Below are positions 52,172 to 61,131 of a DNA stretch of 61,131 bases, piece by piece. The notes below the pieces were generated by a model, which ran no database searches, had not been told where the DNA came from, and was given only the letters and a program-made list of their open reading frames with translations. Source of the DNA: a virus (taxonomy: Duplodnaviria > Caudoviricetes); IMG/VR virus record IMGVR_UViG_3300050343_000196, positions 1 to 61,131 of that record; one strand, written 5' to 3'. Numbering within the stretch: position 1 is the first letter of the stretch; the number at the start of each line of letters is the position of its first letter. The position numbers and the translations under genes are program-made.

Positions 52172-54501
52172 TTATTGTCCTATTATTACCCACCCTTGGG
52201 CTGTTCCTGAAAATATTAATTCAAAACTTGCTGTTGCTGTATTTAATGTCATAGTAGTATTACTACCCATTATTTTATCTGTTCCATTAGGAAGTATTGT
52301 ACAGGTTGTGTTGCTGATCTATTACTAATTTTAATTGAATTACCAACTACACCTGCTGGTAATGTTAAAGCGGCACTTCCTGTAAATACATATAAAGTAT
52401 TTTTAACAGCTGTTGTTGCTGAATTTATTACTGATACACTATAATCAGTAGAAAGTGTATTTGTAATAACAAAATTACCCTCTGATGGATTTGCAACACT
52501 TATACCTGTTCCTGCTGTTACACTTGATGGTGTAACTACTGATGTTGCATTTATACCACCTATACTTCTTATTTCAATTGATGCTCCACTTGGTGGTGCT
52601 GTGCTAAATGTTAAAGTATTACCCGATAAACTTAAAGTACTATTATCTTGTCTTAATCCAGATATATAAGCATTTACCGCATGTAAACTAGCAGGCGTAA
52701 CACCTAATGTGTATGCTGTTGTTGAACCATTACCTGTAAAACTATTTGTTACTAAAGCATTTGCTGTTACAGATACATTACCTAACTTCATTACTTCAAT
52801 ACCATAACCATTTTGTGGGGCTGTTGAAAATGTAAGTGTAGTTCCTGAAATGCTATACACACTCTTATCCTGATATACACCGTTTATAAATACCCATGTA
52901 TTATTTTCATCTGTTACTTCAGCTCCTAAAGTAAATGCTGTAGCACTTCCATTTCCAGTAAATGTATCATTACTCATACCAGATAAAGAAAGCTCCTTAA
53001 AATGCACTAATTCAATATCTGAACCGTTTGGCGGTGCAGTTGAAAATGTTACAGTGCTACCTGATGTAGAATAATTACTTTTTGATTGATAAACACCATC
53101 AATGTATATTTGAGTATTGTTTTCATCATTAATACTCATGCTACCTGCAAAAGCAGTTGTACTACCATTACCTGTAAATGTATCAACTTTTGATAATCCC
53201 CCTGCTAATGTTGTAAAATGTATTATTTCAATTGCAGCTGTATTTGGAGGCGCTGTACTAAAAGTTAATGTTGTACCGCTTGTTGAATATGTATCTTTAC
53301 TTTGATAAACACCATCTATATAAACCTGTGTTCTTGCTTCATCTGCAATTGTTGATGATAATGTGTAAGCTGTTGCACTTCCATTACCTGTAAATGTATT
53401 TTTTTGCGCTACTAATTGTGATGACCCACCAGATGATGCAATTGTAATTGTATCTGTGCTAGCATTAGTAGTTAAAGTAATATTATCACCTGCTACTAAT
53501 GTTAATGTATCAGTAGCACTATCTGCAACAACACTTGTTTGACCTGCTATTGCTATTGTTTCAAATGAATTACTAGCGCCTGCTCCTGCTGAATCTGTTC
53601 CAGGGGCCCATTGGCTTCCATCCCATTTTAATACTTGCCCTGATGATGGAGATGAGCTAGAAACATTAGTTAAATTTTCTATTGCAGCGTTTAAAGCAAA
53701 AGTTGTACCTGCCAAACTAATCCCCGTTCCTGCAGTATATGTTGTGTTTGTATCTGTTGATGCAAAAGTTATAGTATCAGATCCTGCTGTTGTTGTAATT
53801 GTAACATTTGATCCTGCTGCTAAAGTTAATGTATCTGTTGCGCTATCTGCGACTACATCACTTTGTCCTGATACAGAAATTGTTTTAAAAGCTTCAGTTA
53901 CGCTGCCAGATGCTGTTGAAGCTATAGTTATAGTATCGCCAGTTTCTGATATAGTTATATTATTTCCAGCTTCTAATGTTACATCATCTGTTGATGAATC
54001 ACTACCCGTTAATCTTATTATTGCATCACTACCACTTGTAACACTATTTATCGTATATGTTGTATTTGAACCAGCTGCTGTAGCTGTACCAAATTTAACA
54101 TAACTACCCATTAAACTGTGAGCGCTACATTGATAAAATAAAACAGGAGGTGTTGATGTAGTTGGTATAATTTGAGTGTATGCCCCTGAGCTACCCGCTG
54201 TACCACTTGTTGTTACTCCTGTTGTGTATGCTGTTGTTTTAGCAGCATCCGTATAAAATCTTAATGGATGATTACTATTTGAGTTATCAGACTGATCAAA
54301 TTTATAAGTATTACCTGGTGTAAACTCTAAATAAGCCCCTTCAACACCGTCTATTGTATATCCACTTGAACTACCGTTACCTTGCTCTGGATGTGCTGTG
54401 GTTTTTGAAATAACCTTAACAACCAAAGTCTGAGCAGCGTCTGTATGTAATATAGATCGATGCCCCGATAGCTCTAGTGGTGACTTAAATTTTACACCCA
54501 T
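52172..54501 (-). CDS. Modular tail fibre protein with internal repeats (frameshift near 52290)
   Basis: 4x FTGNGS..Y/FI.G..Q..TFSTAP; repeated VVADSATDTLTL modules. Confidence 0.75.
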
Positions 54502-54511
54502 GAGTTATATT

Positions 54512-55567
54512 TTAAATTTTTCTAATTAGAACTCTAATATCGTTTGATGCAGGAGCAACTGTAAATGCTACTGTTACAACACTTGTAGAAGTTCTTGTTA
54601 CATCAGCTATAACTGTTTCATAACTTGAAGCATCATAAAGTTCAACTAATACATCCCTTGTACCTAAGTTATGCGTTACTGTATATGATGTAGCTGATCC
54701 ATCTCCTATTGATCCTTTAAATGAATCTGCTGTGGTTGCAATATCATAATATGTTGAGCCGTCATTTGTTAATTCCCAATTATCATTTGTTTCATTCCAT
54801 CTAAGAACTACATTTGTAGATGAGCCTCTTTCAATTTCAATACCAGCATTTTCTGATGGTGTACCTGTTGCATTACTATTAAGAGTAATTATGTTGTCAG
54901 CTAAAAGTATTGTTTCAGTATTTACTGTAGTTACTGTACCTGAAACTGTTAAATTACCAGTTACTATTAAGTTTCCTCCGATTGTAACATTGTCTGGAAG
55001 AGCTACTGTAATTGTATCACCTGATACAGATGTTACAATCTCATTAGCTGTACCTGCTACTGTTAATGTGTCTGTTCCTAAAACAACACCGTTATCTGTT
55101 CCTGAATCTGCTGCAATATCTAATGTTGTTGTTATTGAAGCTGTACCAGCTGCTGTTAAACGACCATCAGCATCTACTGTGAATGTTGGTATTGCAGATG
55201 AAGAACCATAAGATCCCGCTGTTACAGATGTAGCTGCTAATTGTGTAGATCCAATTCCTCCATCTTTTACTTTTAGTGCATCAGAAGCAATAGCTATTGT
55301 GCTATCATCTACTGCTACATTTAATGTTACAGAACCATCAGTCCCCCCACCAGTTAAAGCATTACCTGCTACAACCGCTGATATATCACCAGATATATTA
55401 GTCCATGCTGACCCGTCATATATATATACTTTTTTATTTCCACCTGTGGAATTGTAATATATTTGACCTTCAACTGGACCAGAAGGCGCAGTACCCAAAG
55501 GATGAATTACCGCGTTCTGTAATTGATTTTTATTTAAATCTATATGTGTTAAATATTTTAAAGCCAT
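54512..55567 (-). CDS. Tail fibre-like structural protein
   Basis: DLNKNQLQNA, VTAGSYGS, AGIEIERG, THNLGTRDV. Confidence 0.72.
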   Translation of the reverse strand: MALKYLTHIDLNKNQLQNAVIHPLGTAPSGPVEGQIYYNSTGGNKKVYIYDGSAWTNISGDISAVVAGNALTGGGTDGSVTLNVAVDDSTIAIASDALKVKDGGIGSTQLAATSVTAGSYGSSSAIPTFTVDADGRLTAAGTASITTTLDIAADSGTDNGVVLGTDTLTVAGTANEIVTSVSGDTITVALPDNVTIGGNLIVTGNLTVSGTVTTVNTETILLADNIITLNSNATGTPSENAGIEIERGSSTNVVLRWNETNDNWELTNDGSTYYDIATTADSFKGSIGDGSATSYTVTHNLGTRDVLVELYDASSYETVIADVTRTSTSVVTVAFTVAPASNDIRVLIRKI

Positions 55568-55574
55568 TATTTGG

Positions 55575-56276
55575 TTAGTTTATATATGCTTTTCCTGAAA
55601 ATGATGAGGAAAAACTTACTGTTAATGAGTTAGTGTTTGTATATGTTATGTGCCCTATAACAACATTATTAGCGGAATCAACCACTGTTACTGCAGGGAA
55701 TTTTTCTAAATTATGTGCTATTGTCCATGTATTAGCTGCAGATCCCTGTGTAAACACAAAGTTTTTATCTACATCGCTTGGCCCTTGAACAATACCATAC
55801 GTTTTTCCAGTTGTTAAACTTCCGTTTCCTTCTGAAAATATTAAGGTAGCATCAAAAAACGTTGTTTCTCCAGATCTATCCGCTAATGCTGTTAAAGAAT
55901 ATTTACCAAATTTATTTACATCATCTAATTGATAAATAAAAATAACATTATCTTCTAAATATTGTAAATACTCTGTTACAACAGTTCCACCATTAGTTGT
56001 TTTACTTAATACTAAATTAGTTATAGCAGAAAACGCAGTATCATTACCGCCTCCTGCTGCAAAAGTCATAGTACCAACATTTCTACTAGGAGCTCCTTGT
56101 GTACTGAACACATACGGTATTTGACCACCTATACCTATTTTACCAGTGTCATTGAAATTAGTAGCTAATCCCTGGGGTGTAAAATTTCTTGTTTTACCAC
56201 TCTGAGAATCAGTTCCAATCCACTTGTCACCGTCTTGAATTACGGTGTCAGTTAAATAGGTGTTTAATCTAGCCAT
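55575..56276 (-). CDS. Tail structural protein
   Basis: DKWIGTDS; WTIAHNLEKFPAVTVVDS. Confidence 0.68.
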   Translation of the reverse strand: MARLNTYLTDTVIQDGDKWIGTDSQSGKTRNFTPQGLATNFNDTGKIGIGGQIPYVFSTQGAPSRNVGTMTFAAGGGNDTAFSAITNLVLSKTTNGGTVVTEYLQYLEDNVIFIYQLDDVNKFGKYSLTALADRSGETTFFDATLIFSEGNGSLTTGKTYGIVQGPSDVDKNFVFTQGSAANTWTIAHNLEKFPAVTVVDSANNVVIGHITYTNTNSLTVSFSSSFSGKAYIN

Positions 56277-56310
56277 TATCTACAAATACAAATTTCACAG
56301 TTACACATAA

Positions 56311-56766
56311 TTATTTACTTATTGTTTTAAATTTCTCAGCTCCACGAGATCCAAAATATGCTACATAAACAGTAATAAGAAGAGATTTTAATAAATCTAC
56401 CCACCCACCATCTACACTAAAATCTAACCCGGTAGAGTCTATAAATATTAATAAGACCATAGCTACTGTTAAAAAAATCAGTGTCATTGGTCTTGTATTT
56501 TTCGAAAGCCATGAATCAGATTGCATATCCGCCTTCCATCGCTTAGATACTTCTTGCATTTCAATAGTATCTTGATTTAGCAGTGCTAAAGCCTTTTCTT
56601 TATCTTCTGCAGGTAGCACAGGGTCTTTTTTAATTAAGTTTTTAACTAATCCAAAAACACCGTTATCTGGCAAGACGTCGCCAAGACTACCTATTATATC
56701 AGAACCAGCACCTGCTAAAAATTTACCAACCGCTGTATCTTTTAATTTCTTTTTATTTTTTGACAT
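56311..56766 (-). CDS. Holin-like membrane protein
   Basis: RWKADMQSDSWLSKNTRP, two TM segments, YFGSRGAEK. Confidence 0.72.
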   Translation of the reverse strand: MSKNKKKLKDTAVGKFLAGAGSDIIGSLGDVLPDNGVFGLVKNLIKKDPVLPAEDKEKALALLNQDTIEMQEVSKRWKADMQSDSWLSKNTRPMTLIFLTVAMVLLIFIDSTGLDFSVDGGWVDLLKSLLITVYVAYFGSRGAEKFKTISK

Positions 56767-57034
56767 TTGCTTTTCTTCCGGCTCTTTTGCCTTTAAGTGA
56801 TTTTGGTAAATCTTCTAATTGATTCCCAACCTCTTTTATAGAAGTAGCTACGTCTTTTAATTCAGCTTTTAATCTATTTAATTTATTTACAGCATTAACT
56901 TGAATTTCTTCAACTTTTGCTTCTACTGAATCAGCGATAAAATCGCCATCAGCATCTTTTATTTTTCCTGTGTGGAGCATAATTAAATAAGCTATAATTA
57001 TTGCTTCAATTACTGCTATTGCTATTAATATCAT
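56753..57034 (-). CDS. Membrane-anchored coiled-coil protein
   Basis: N-terminal TM, DADGDFIAD, coiled coil. Confidence 0.62.
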   Translation of the reverse strand: MILIAIAVIEAIIIAYLIMLHTGKIKDADGDFIADSVEAKVEEIQVNAVNKLNRLKAELKDVATSIKEVGNQLEDLPKSLKGKRAGRKANVKK

Positions 57035-57039
57035 TTTTA

Positions 57040-57195
57040 TTATTTTTTATATGGGAATATTTTATTTAAGGCGTCTTTTCTGCCTTGGCATCCGCATGGT
57101 ATATTTAATCCTTCTGATATAGTGTCAACCATGTGTTTAATCCCTGTTTTTTTTGTGATTTTTTCTATAGAATCACCCAACCCTTTTGATTTCAT
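57040..57195 (-). CDS. Small protein with CGC motif (51 aa)
   Basis: Manually read MKSKGLGDSIEKITKKTGIK..PCGCQGRKDALN. Confidence 0.7.
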   Translation of the reverse strand: MKSKGLGDSIEKITKKTGIKHMVDTISEGLNIPCGCQGRKDALNKIFPYKK

Positions 57196-57199
57196 ATTA

Positions 57200-57514
57200 T
57201 TAATTGTTTCTGTCTACAAGCTCTTGAATGTTTTCAAGTCTTGCTTCTATTTTCATGCTTAACCCCGCTTCTATTCTAGCGACTGGTTTACCGTTTCTAA
57301 AAATAATTATTACTGGAACAGATTTAATACTGTTTTTTAAATCTTCACCTTGTTCTTCAACAAATGCTTTTGAAACACTAGCTCTTTTAATAGATTTAAG
57401 TTTTGAATAATCATTTTTTTGGTTCCATTTGTAATTAAAATGAACAACCGTAACGTCCTGAGAATATGCAAATGAACTTAAGAATAAAAATAAAATAGTA
57501 ATTAATTTTTTCAT
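57200..57514 (-). CDS. Secreted thioredoxin-fold protein lacking CxxC
   Basis: Signal peptide; VVHFNYKWN; IKSVPVIIIFRNGK. Confidence 0.65.
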   Translation of the reverse strand: MKKLITILFLFLSSFAYSQDVTVVHFNYKWNQKNDYSKLKSIKRASVSKAFVEEQGEDLKNSIKSVPVIIIFRNGKPVARIEAGLSMKIEARLENIQELVDRNN

Positions 57515-57516
57515 AA

Positions 57517-57807
57517 TTATTTTTTAATTATTTCATAAAGCTTTTCATCAATTTTGTCAAGCTTTTCTGAATTAGCATCTACTTTTTCTTCAGTAGATAT
57601 AATAGTTTCTCTAATTAATTGATCTTTTAAATCGTATTCCGTTCTTGAAACTGGTGGTTCAGGTAATTCCTTTGCCAGTTCTATATCAGCTTGTAGCGAG
57701 TACCACATACCAACTACCGTAACTACTACAGCGCCTATAGTAACTAAGTTTTCTATACTGATATTGAATTTTTGTTTTTTGATCTTGTCTAAGTCAAGTT
57801 CTGCCAT
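57517..57807 (-). CDS. Hypothetical membrane protein
   Basis: One TM plus coiled coil. Confidence 0.65.
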   Translation of the reverse strand: MAELDLDKIKKQKFNISIENLVTIGAVVVTVVGMWYSLQADIELAKELPEPPVSRTEYDLKDQLIRETIISTEEKVDANSEKLDKIDEKLYEIIKK

Positions 57808-57935
57808 TGTTTATTTATTTCTTTTTAGTTTTCTTTTTTTTCTTTTTAGCTCTTAACACTGCGAAATCAGCTTTTGTTAGCTTATCGTACGGTGGTGCAA
57901 GCTTTGCGGTTTTACTAGTAAATTTATTTTTCATA

Positions 57936-58217
57936 TTAACAATTCCATTTTCTTAAAGCTAATGCTTTTCTTGTTGGTCTTCCTTTACTGTCTTTCATCG
58001 GTCCTTTAACGCCTGACATTCTAGCACAAAAAGATTTACGTCTTTTCGCAGCTTTACTACCCTTCTTTAATTTAGATGGTTTTGTTGTAACAGCTGTTTT
58101 TAATTTACTACCTGGGTTATCTTTTCTATATTTAGCAACACCTTTTTTAGTCATGCCACCTTTTTTACTATAGTAACCTTTAGATTTTTTTCTTGAAGGT
58201 GCTCCTTTACTTGCCAT
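57936..58217 (-). CDS. Conserved small basic phage protein
   Basis: GGMTKKGVAKYR..RRKSFCARM..LALRKWNC. Confidence 0.75.
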   Translation of the reverse strand: MASKGAPSRKKSKGYYSKKGGMTKKGVAKYRKDNPGSKLKTAVTTKPSKLKKGSKAAKRRKSFCARMSGVKGPMKDSKGRPTRKALALRKWNC

Positions 58218-58310
58218 AACTGCTTCTTCTTTTGTTTACTTTTTTAGCTTTACCCTTTACAATTTTTTTGTAAGGTTTCTTTTTACCTGTTTTGTAATCT
58301 TTTGGCATAA

Positions 58311-58751
58311 TTATCTATTTTTATCTTTTATCATATCGTCTATAGCTTTATTAAAAACTTTATCAGTATATGATTTGTTTTTGTAAAATACATTTTGTTC
58401 TGATACAGGTATGTCTTCTTTACCTAGCAGAATATTATAAATGCGTGTAATTAATCTTTTTGATTTGAATGAAGTTTGGAATATAGAATATTTAATTGTA
58501 GTACGATTACGGTGTCTCCATACGTCTATCCAGCCATTTTTGCGAAGTTTTTCCCATCTAGCTTTGTCCCAACTCATGAGGTAAGTACCGTTAATGTAAT
58601 CATTACGTGTAAATCGCCCAATGCAATCAAAATATATTAGCAATTCTAAGTCCGCATCGGTTAAACTATTTGATTTACAAGCCCATTTACGAACTAGCCT
58701 GTAGTATTTAAAAAGTTGCATTTCCCGAAGGTCTGCTGCTTCTATTCTCAT
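58311..58751 (-). CDS. Hypothetical protein (possible winged-helix)
   Basis: LTDADLELLIY..WEKLRKNGWI. Confidence 0.7.
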   Translation of the reverse strand: MRIEAADLREMQLFKYYRLVRKWACKSNSLTDADLELLIYFDCIGRFTRNDYINGTYLMSWDKARWEKLRKNGWIDVWRHRNRTTIKYSIFQTSFKSKRLITRIYNILLGKEDIPVSEQNVFYKNKSYTDKVFNKAIDDMIKDKNR

Positions 58752-59002
58752 TCTACTATAACAACGTCTTGCTGTTTAATTACGATGTATGTTTGGTTGT
58801 CAAATATTATTTCGTGCCCAGCGTTTCTATCATAATGTATAATATCACAACATTTAATAGCTTCTGTTTTCTCTCCAATTGAAACAACCTCACCTTTCAA
58901 ATACCTAAACTCAGCTTTATCATCTTTCATAATAAAACCAGAGTCGGTTTTCTTTTCTTCTTTTATACCTTTTATTATTATGTAATTATTTACCGCTTTC
59001 AT
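58748..59002 (-). CDS. groES: Co-chaperonin GroES
   Basis: KKTDSGFIM mobile loop, GEVVSIG, position after groEL. Confidence 0.85.
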   Translation of the reverse strand: MKAVNNYIIIKGIKEEKKTDSGFIMKDDKAEFRYLKGEVVSIGEKTEAIKCCDIIHYDRNAGHEIIFDNQTYIVIKQQDVVIVE

Positions 59003-60548
59003 TTATTCTTATATTTGAAATTACACAATCTGCTGATAATATAGTTGTCGCTACACTTATTGCATTTATTAATGCTGTTTTAGTAACTAACACTGGATCT
59101 ATAATACCTTCTTTAATTAGGTTAACAGATTTACCTGTTACAACGTTTACCCCGTGGCCTTCTTTCATATTTGGTCCGTACGCTATATGAGCATTTGCCA
59201 GTATGGTCTTATATGGAGCTTTTACAGCGTCTAATAATATTCTTTCAGTAACAACATCTGTCTTTACTGTATCGGCTGCGTTATGGAGCGCTATACCAGC
59301 TCCGGGAACTATTCCTTCTCTTAGGGCTGCTTTCGTCGCATATATTGCATCTTCCACCCTGTCTTTCTTTTCCTTTAGCTCTACTTTACTATTAGCACCA
59401 ACTTTTATAACACCAACAGCTCCTGATAACATTGCGAGTCGTTGTTCAAGCTTCTTTTTAATAAACCCGTTCTTTTCCTCTGCGATCTTCTTTTTAACTG
59501 CATCGATTCTATCATATGCCGCTTGCGGCATTTTTTTTATAGTGATGACTGTATTGTTGTCATCTGTAACCGACTTTATTGCTTCACCTAAACAACTAGG
59601 ATCTATTAAATCCATATCATCTCCGAGATCTTCGGAAATTATTTTTGCTCCGGTTATTGTCGCTAAATCTTCTATCGTATCTTGCTTGGTCGCGCCAAAC
59701 CCGGGCACATCCACTACATTCACTTTAATGTTACCCTTTACTTTATTCATTATAAGAGCAGATAAAGGTTGCTGATCGAGCTGTGCTACTATAAGCAGGC
59801 TTCTCTTCTCTTTTATAACGTGTTCTAGTATTGCTTGTATCTTTCTTACATTCGGTACCTCTGAGGCTACTATAAGCACATATGGATTATCAAGTTCCGC
59901 TTTACTCTTTTCTTTGTCAGTAATAAGGTGCTGCGATTTGAGTCCTGAATCGAATTGTACTCCATCTACGATTTCAACGTACGTGGTCTCGTCGTCAGAT
60001 TCCTCCATCAGTACAACACCATCTTTACCGACTTTTTTATAAGCGTCAGCTATTATATCTCCAAGATCGGTGTCGTTATTTGCAGAGATCGCTGCGACGC
60101 TGTTTAACATTTCATCTGATACCTCTATTTTGATCTTCTCTAAATAGTCTAGTATCTTACTCTTTGACTTCGCTATACCTTGTTTAATGTATCTTAAATC
60201 TACATCAGCATGCTTGTCACATTCTTTTAAGATGGCTGAAGCTAGGACAGTCGAGGTAGTGGTTCCATCTCCAGCTTCTTTTACTGTTTTCTGTGCTGCT
60301 TCTTTAATAAGCGTAGCCCCTATGTTTTCCACGGGATCTAATAGTACAACAGAGTTTGCAACAGTTACACCATCTTTGGTGATTACGGGTTTACCTAACG
60401 CATCTTCATATATGACACATTTTCCCGATGCACCTAAAGTTGATTCTACGGCATCCGTCAGTTTGAGGACACCTTTCATTATTTTTTCCCTTGCATCCGT
60501 TCCGAATGACAGGTTCTTTACTATCTCACTTGGGTTATTGAATTCCAT
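58986..60548 (-). CDS. groEL: Chaperonin GroEL
   Basis: ITKDGVTVA, GDGTTT, ISAN, EKKDRVEDA, GIVPG, GIIDP. Confidence 0.95.
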   Translation of the reverse strand: MEFNNPSEIVKNLSFGTDAREKIMKGVLKLTDAVESTLGASGKCVIYEDALGKPVITKDGVTVANSVVLLDPVENIGATLIKEAAQKTVKEAGDGTTTSTVLASAILKECDKHADVDLRYIKQGIAKSKSKILDYLEKIKIEVSDEMLNSVAAISANNDTDLGDIIADAYKKVGKDGVVLMEESDDETTYVEIVDGVQFDSGLKSQHLITDKEKSKAELDNPYVLIVASEVPNVRKIQAILEHVIKEKRSLLIVAQLDQQPLSALIMNKVKGNIKVNVVDVPGFGATKQDTIEDLATITGAKIISEDLGDDMDLIDPSCLGEAIKSVTDDNNTVITIKKMPQAAYDRIDAVKKKIAEEKNGFIKKKLEQRLAMLSGAVGVIKVGANSKVELKEKKDRVEDAIYATKAALREGIVPGAGIALHNAADTVKTDVVTERILLDAVKAPYKTILANAHIAYGPNMKEGHGVNVVTGKSVNLIKEGIIDPVLVTKTALINAISVATTILSADCVISNIRINESGK

Positions 60549-60578
60549 TTAATTAAATTTATATATTACTATAAAGAC

Positions 60579-60809
60579 TTACATCGTGTTGTTTGTCGTC
60601 TTTGTTTTTGATCTGTTCTTTTTTACAGATATGAAACGTTTAGTGTTATGATCGTAATCTTTACCCTTAATATTCTTACCTGCTTTAATCGCTGCTCTCC
60701 TCTTTCTCTGGTTCTCCGCTTTCATTTTTCTTCTTCTAGGAGTTAGAGCATAAGCTAGATCTCTCTTGCGTTTAGCGAGCAAGGCCTTCTTACTAAGTTT
60801 CTGTTTCAT
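60579..60809 (-). CDS. Small basic protein (HNH-like DYDH..NR tail)
   Basis: GKDYDHNTKRFISVKKNRS. Confidence 0.65.
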   Translation of the reverse strand: MKQKLSKKALLAKRKRDLAYALTPRRRKMKAENQRKRRAAIKAGKNIKGKDYDHNTKRFISVKKNRSKTKTTNNTM

Positions 60810-60842
60810 AATATATTAATTACGCCGTAAAATTTTTTTTTA

Positions 60843-60891
60843 ATATGACAATAGATTCCTATTTAATATATTATATAAGCTAATGTCGTAT
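60843..60891. repeat. Imperfect palindrome ATATGACAATAG..TATTATATA..CTAATGTCGTAT
   Basis: 10/12 inverted match; related to 2181-2230. Confidence 0.55.
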
Positions 60892-60929
60892 AAGATGTAT
60901 AGGAGTTAAATGTTATATATACATTTTAC

Positions 60930-61131
60930 GTGACACCGCCTCATACCGGAACGACTTTTTTTACCCCCACGGGGCCCTGTTTTACCCTGGTTTTGCCCGG
61001 ATGTTTTGCCTTTTGCTGTGTGTACTATGGCCGGGACTGTATACTAAGGCTTCGTAGCGTTTCGTGTTTACGTGTTACGTGTCTGGTTGTGTGTCTGGTG
61101 TGGTCTGGCCCTGGTGTATCGTGTAGCGTGT
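60930..61131. other. Non-coding, GC-elevated, G/T-skewed terminal region with short repeats
   Basis: Clustered GTCTGG/CTGG and CGTGT units; no ORF. Confidence 0.55.

Noticed and set aside
46662-55567. Diversity-generating retroelement or invertase shufflon acting on tail fibres
   Set aside because: No reverse transcriptase or recombinase was recognised, and no adenine-specific TR/VR pair or inverted cassettes were seen.
59203-60552. Long antisense ORFs over groEL (190 aa and 121 aa), and similar ones over the capsid, fibre and portal genes
   Set aside because: These are antisense shadows of codon-biased genes, with Ser/Phe/Ile-rich composition and no leader signals.

Overview
This looks like a near-complete, AT-rich, lytic podovirus-type phage genome of about 61 kb. 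The host is probably a Bacteroidota/Flavobacteriaceae member, inferred from A-rich translation starts lacking Shine-Dalgarno sites and from the gene set. Two converging arms meet at a hairpin near 18.2 kb. The + strand (1-18.2 kb) carries small early-gene cassettes, each preceded by a repeated TACGT-N6-TACGA-N9-GATAATA motif, then structured RNAs and tRNA-fMet, a sigma-70-like factor, ERF/exonuclease, primase-helicase, nucleotide metabolism genes and class I RNR. The - strand (60.8-18.2 kb) carries GroEL/GroES, holin, tail fibres, terminase, portal, scaffold, capsid, tail and internal virion proteins, and an endolysin. Many genes are broken by single-base indels, most likely long-read errors. 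The top finding is a thymidylate-synthase homologue with Asp at the Asn177 specificity position (dCMP-type), followed by a GIY-YIG-like::MazG fusion and a second pyrophosphatase-like gene, which suggests a cytosine-modification pathway. Also notable are +1-frame overprinted ORFs inside terL and the TS gene, several unannotated structured RNAs, and related palindromes near both ends. No DNA polymerase, integrase or CRISPR array was recognised. All family calls come from motif recognition by eye, not database searches.
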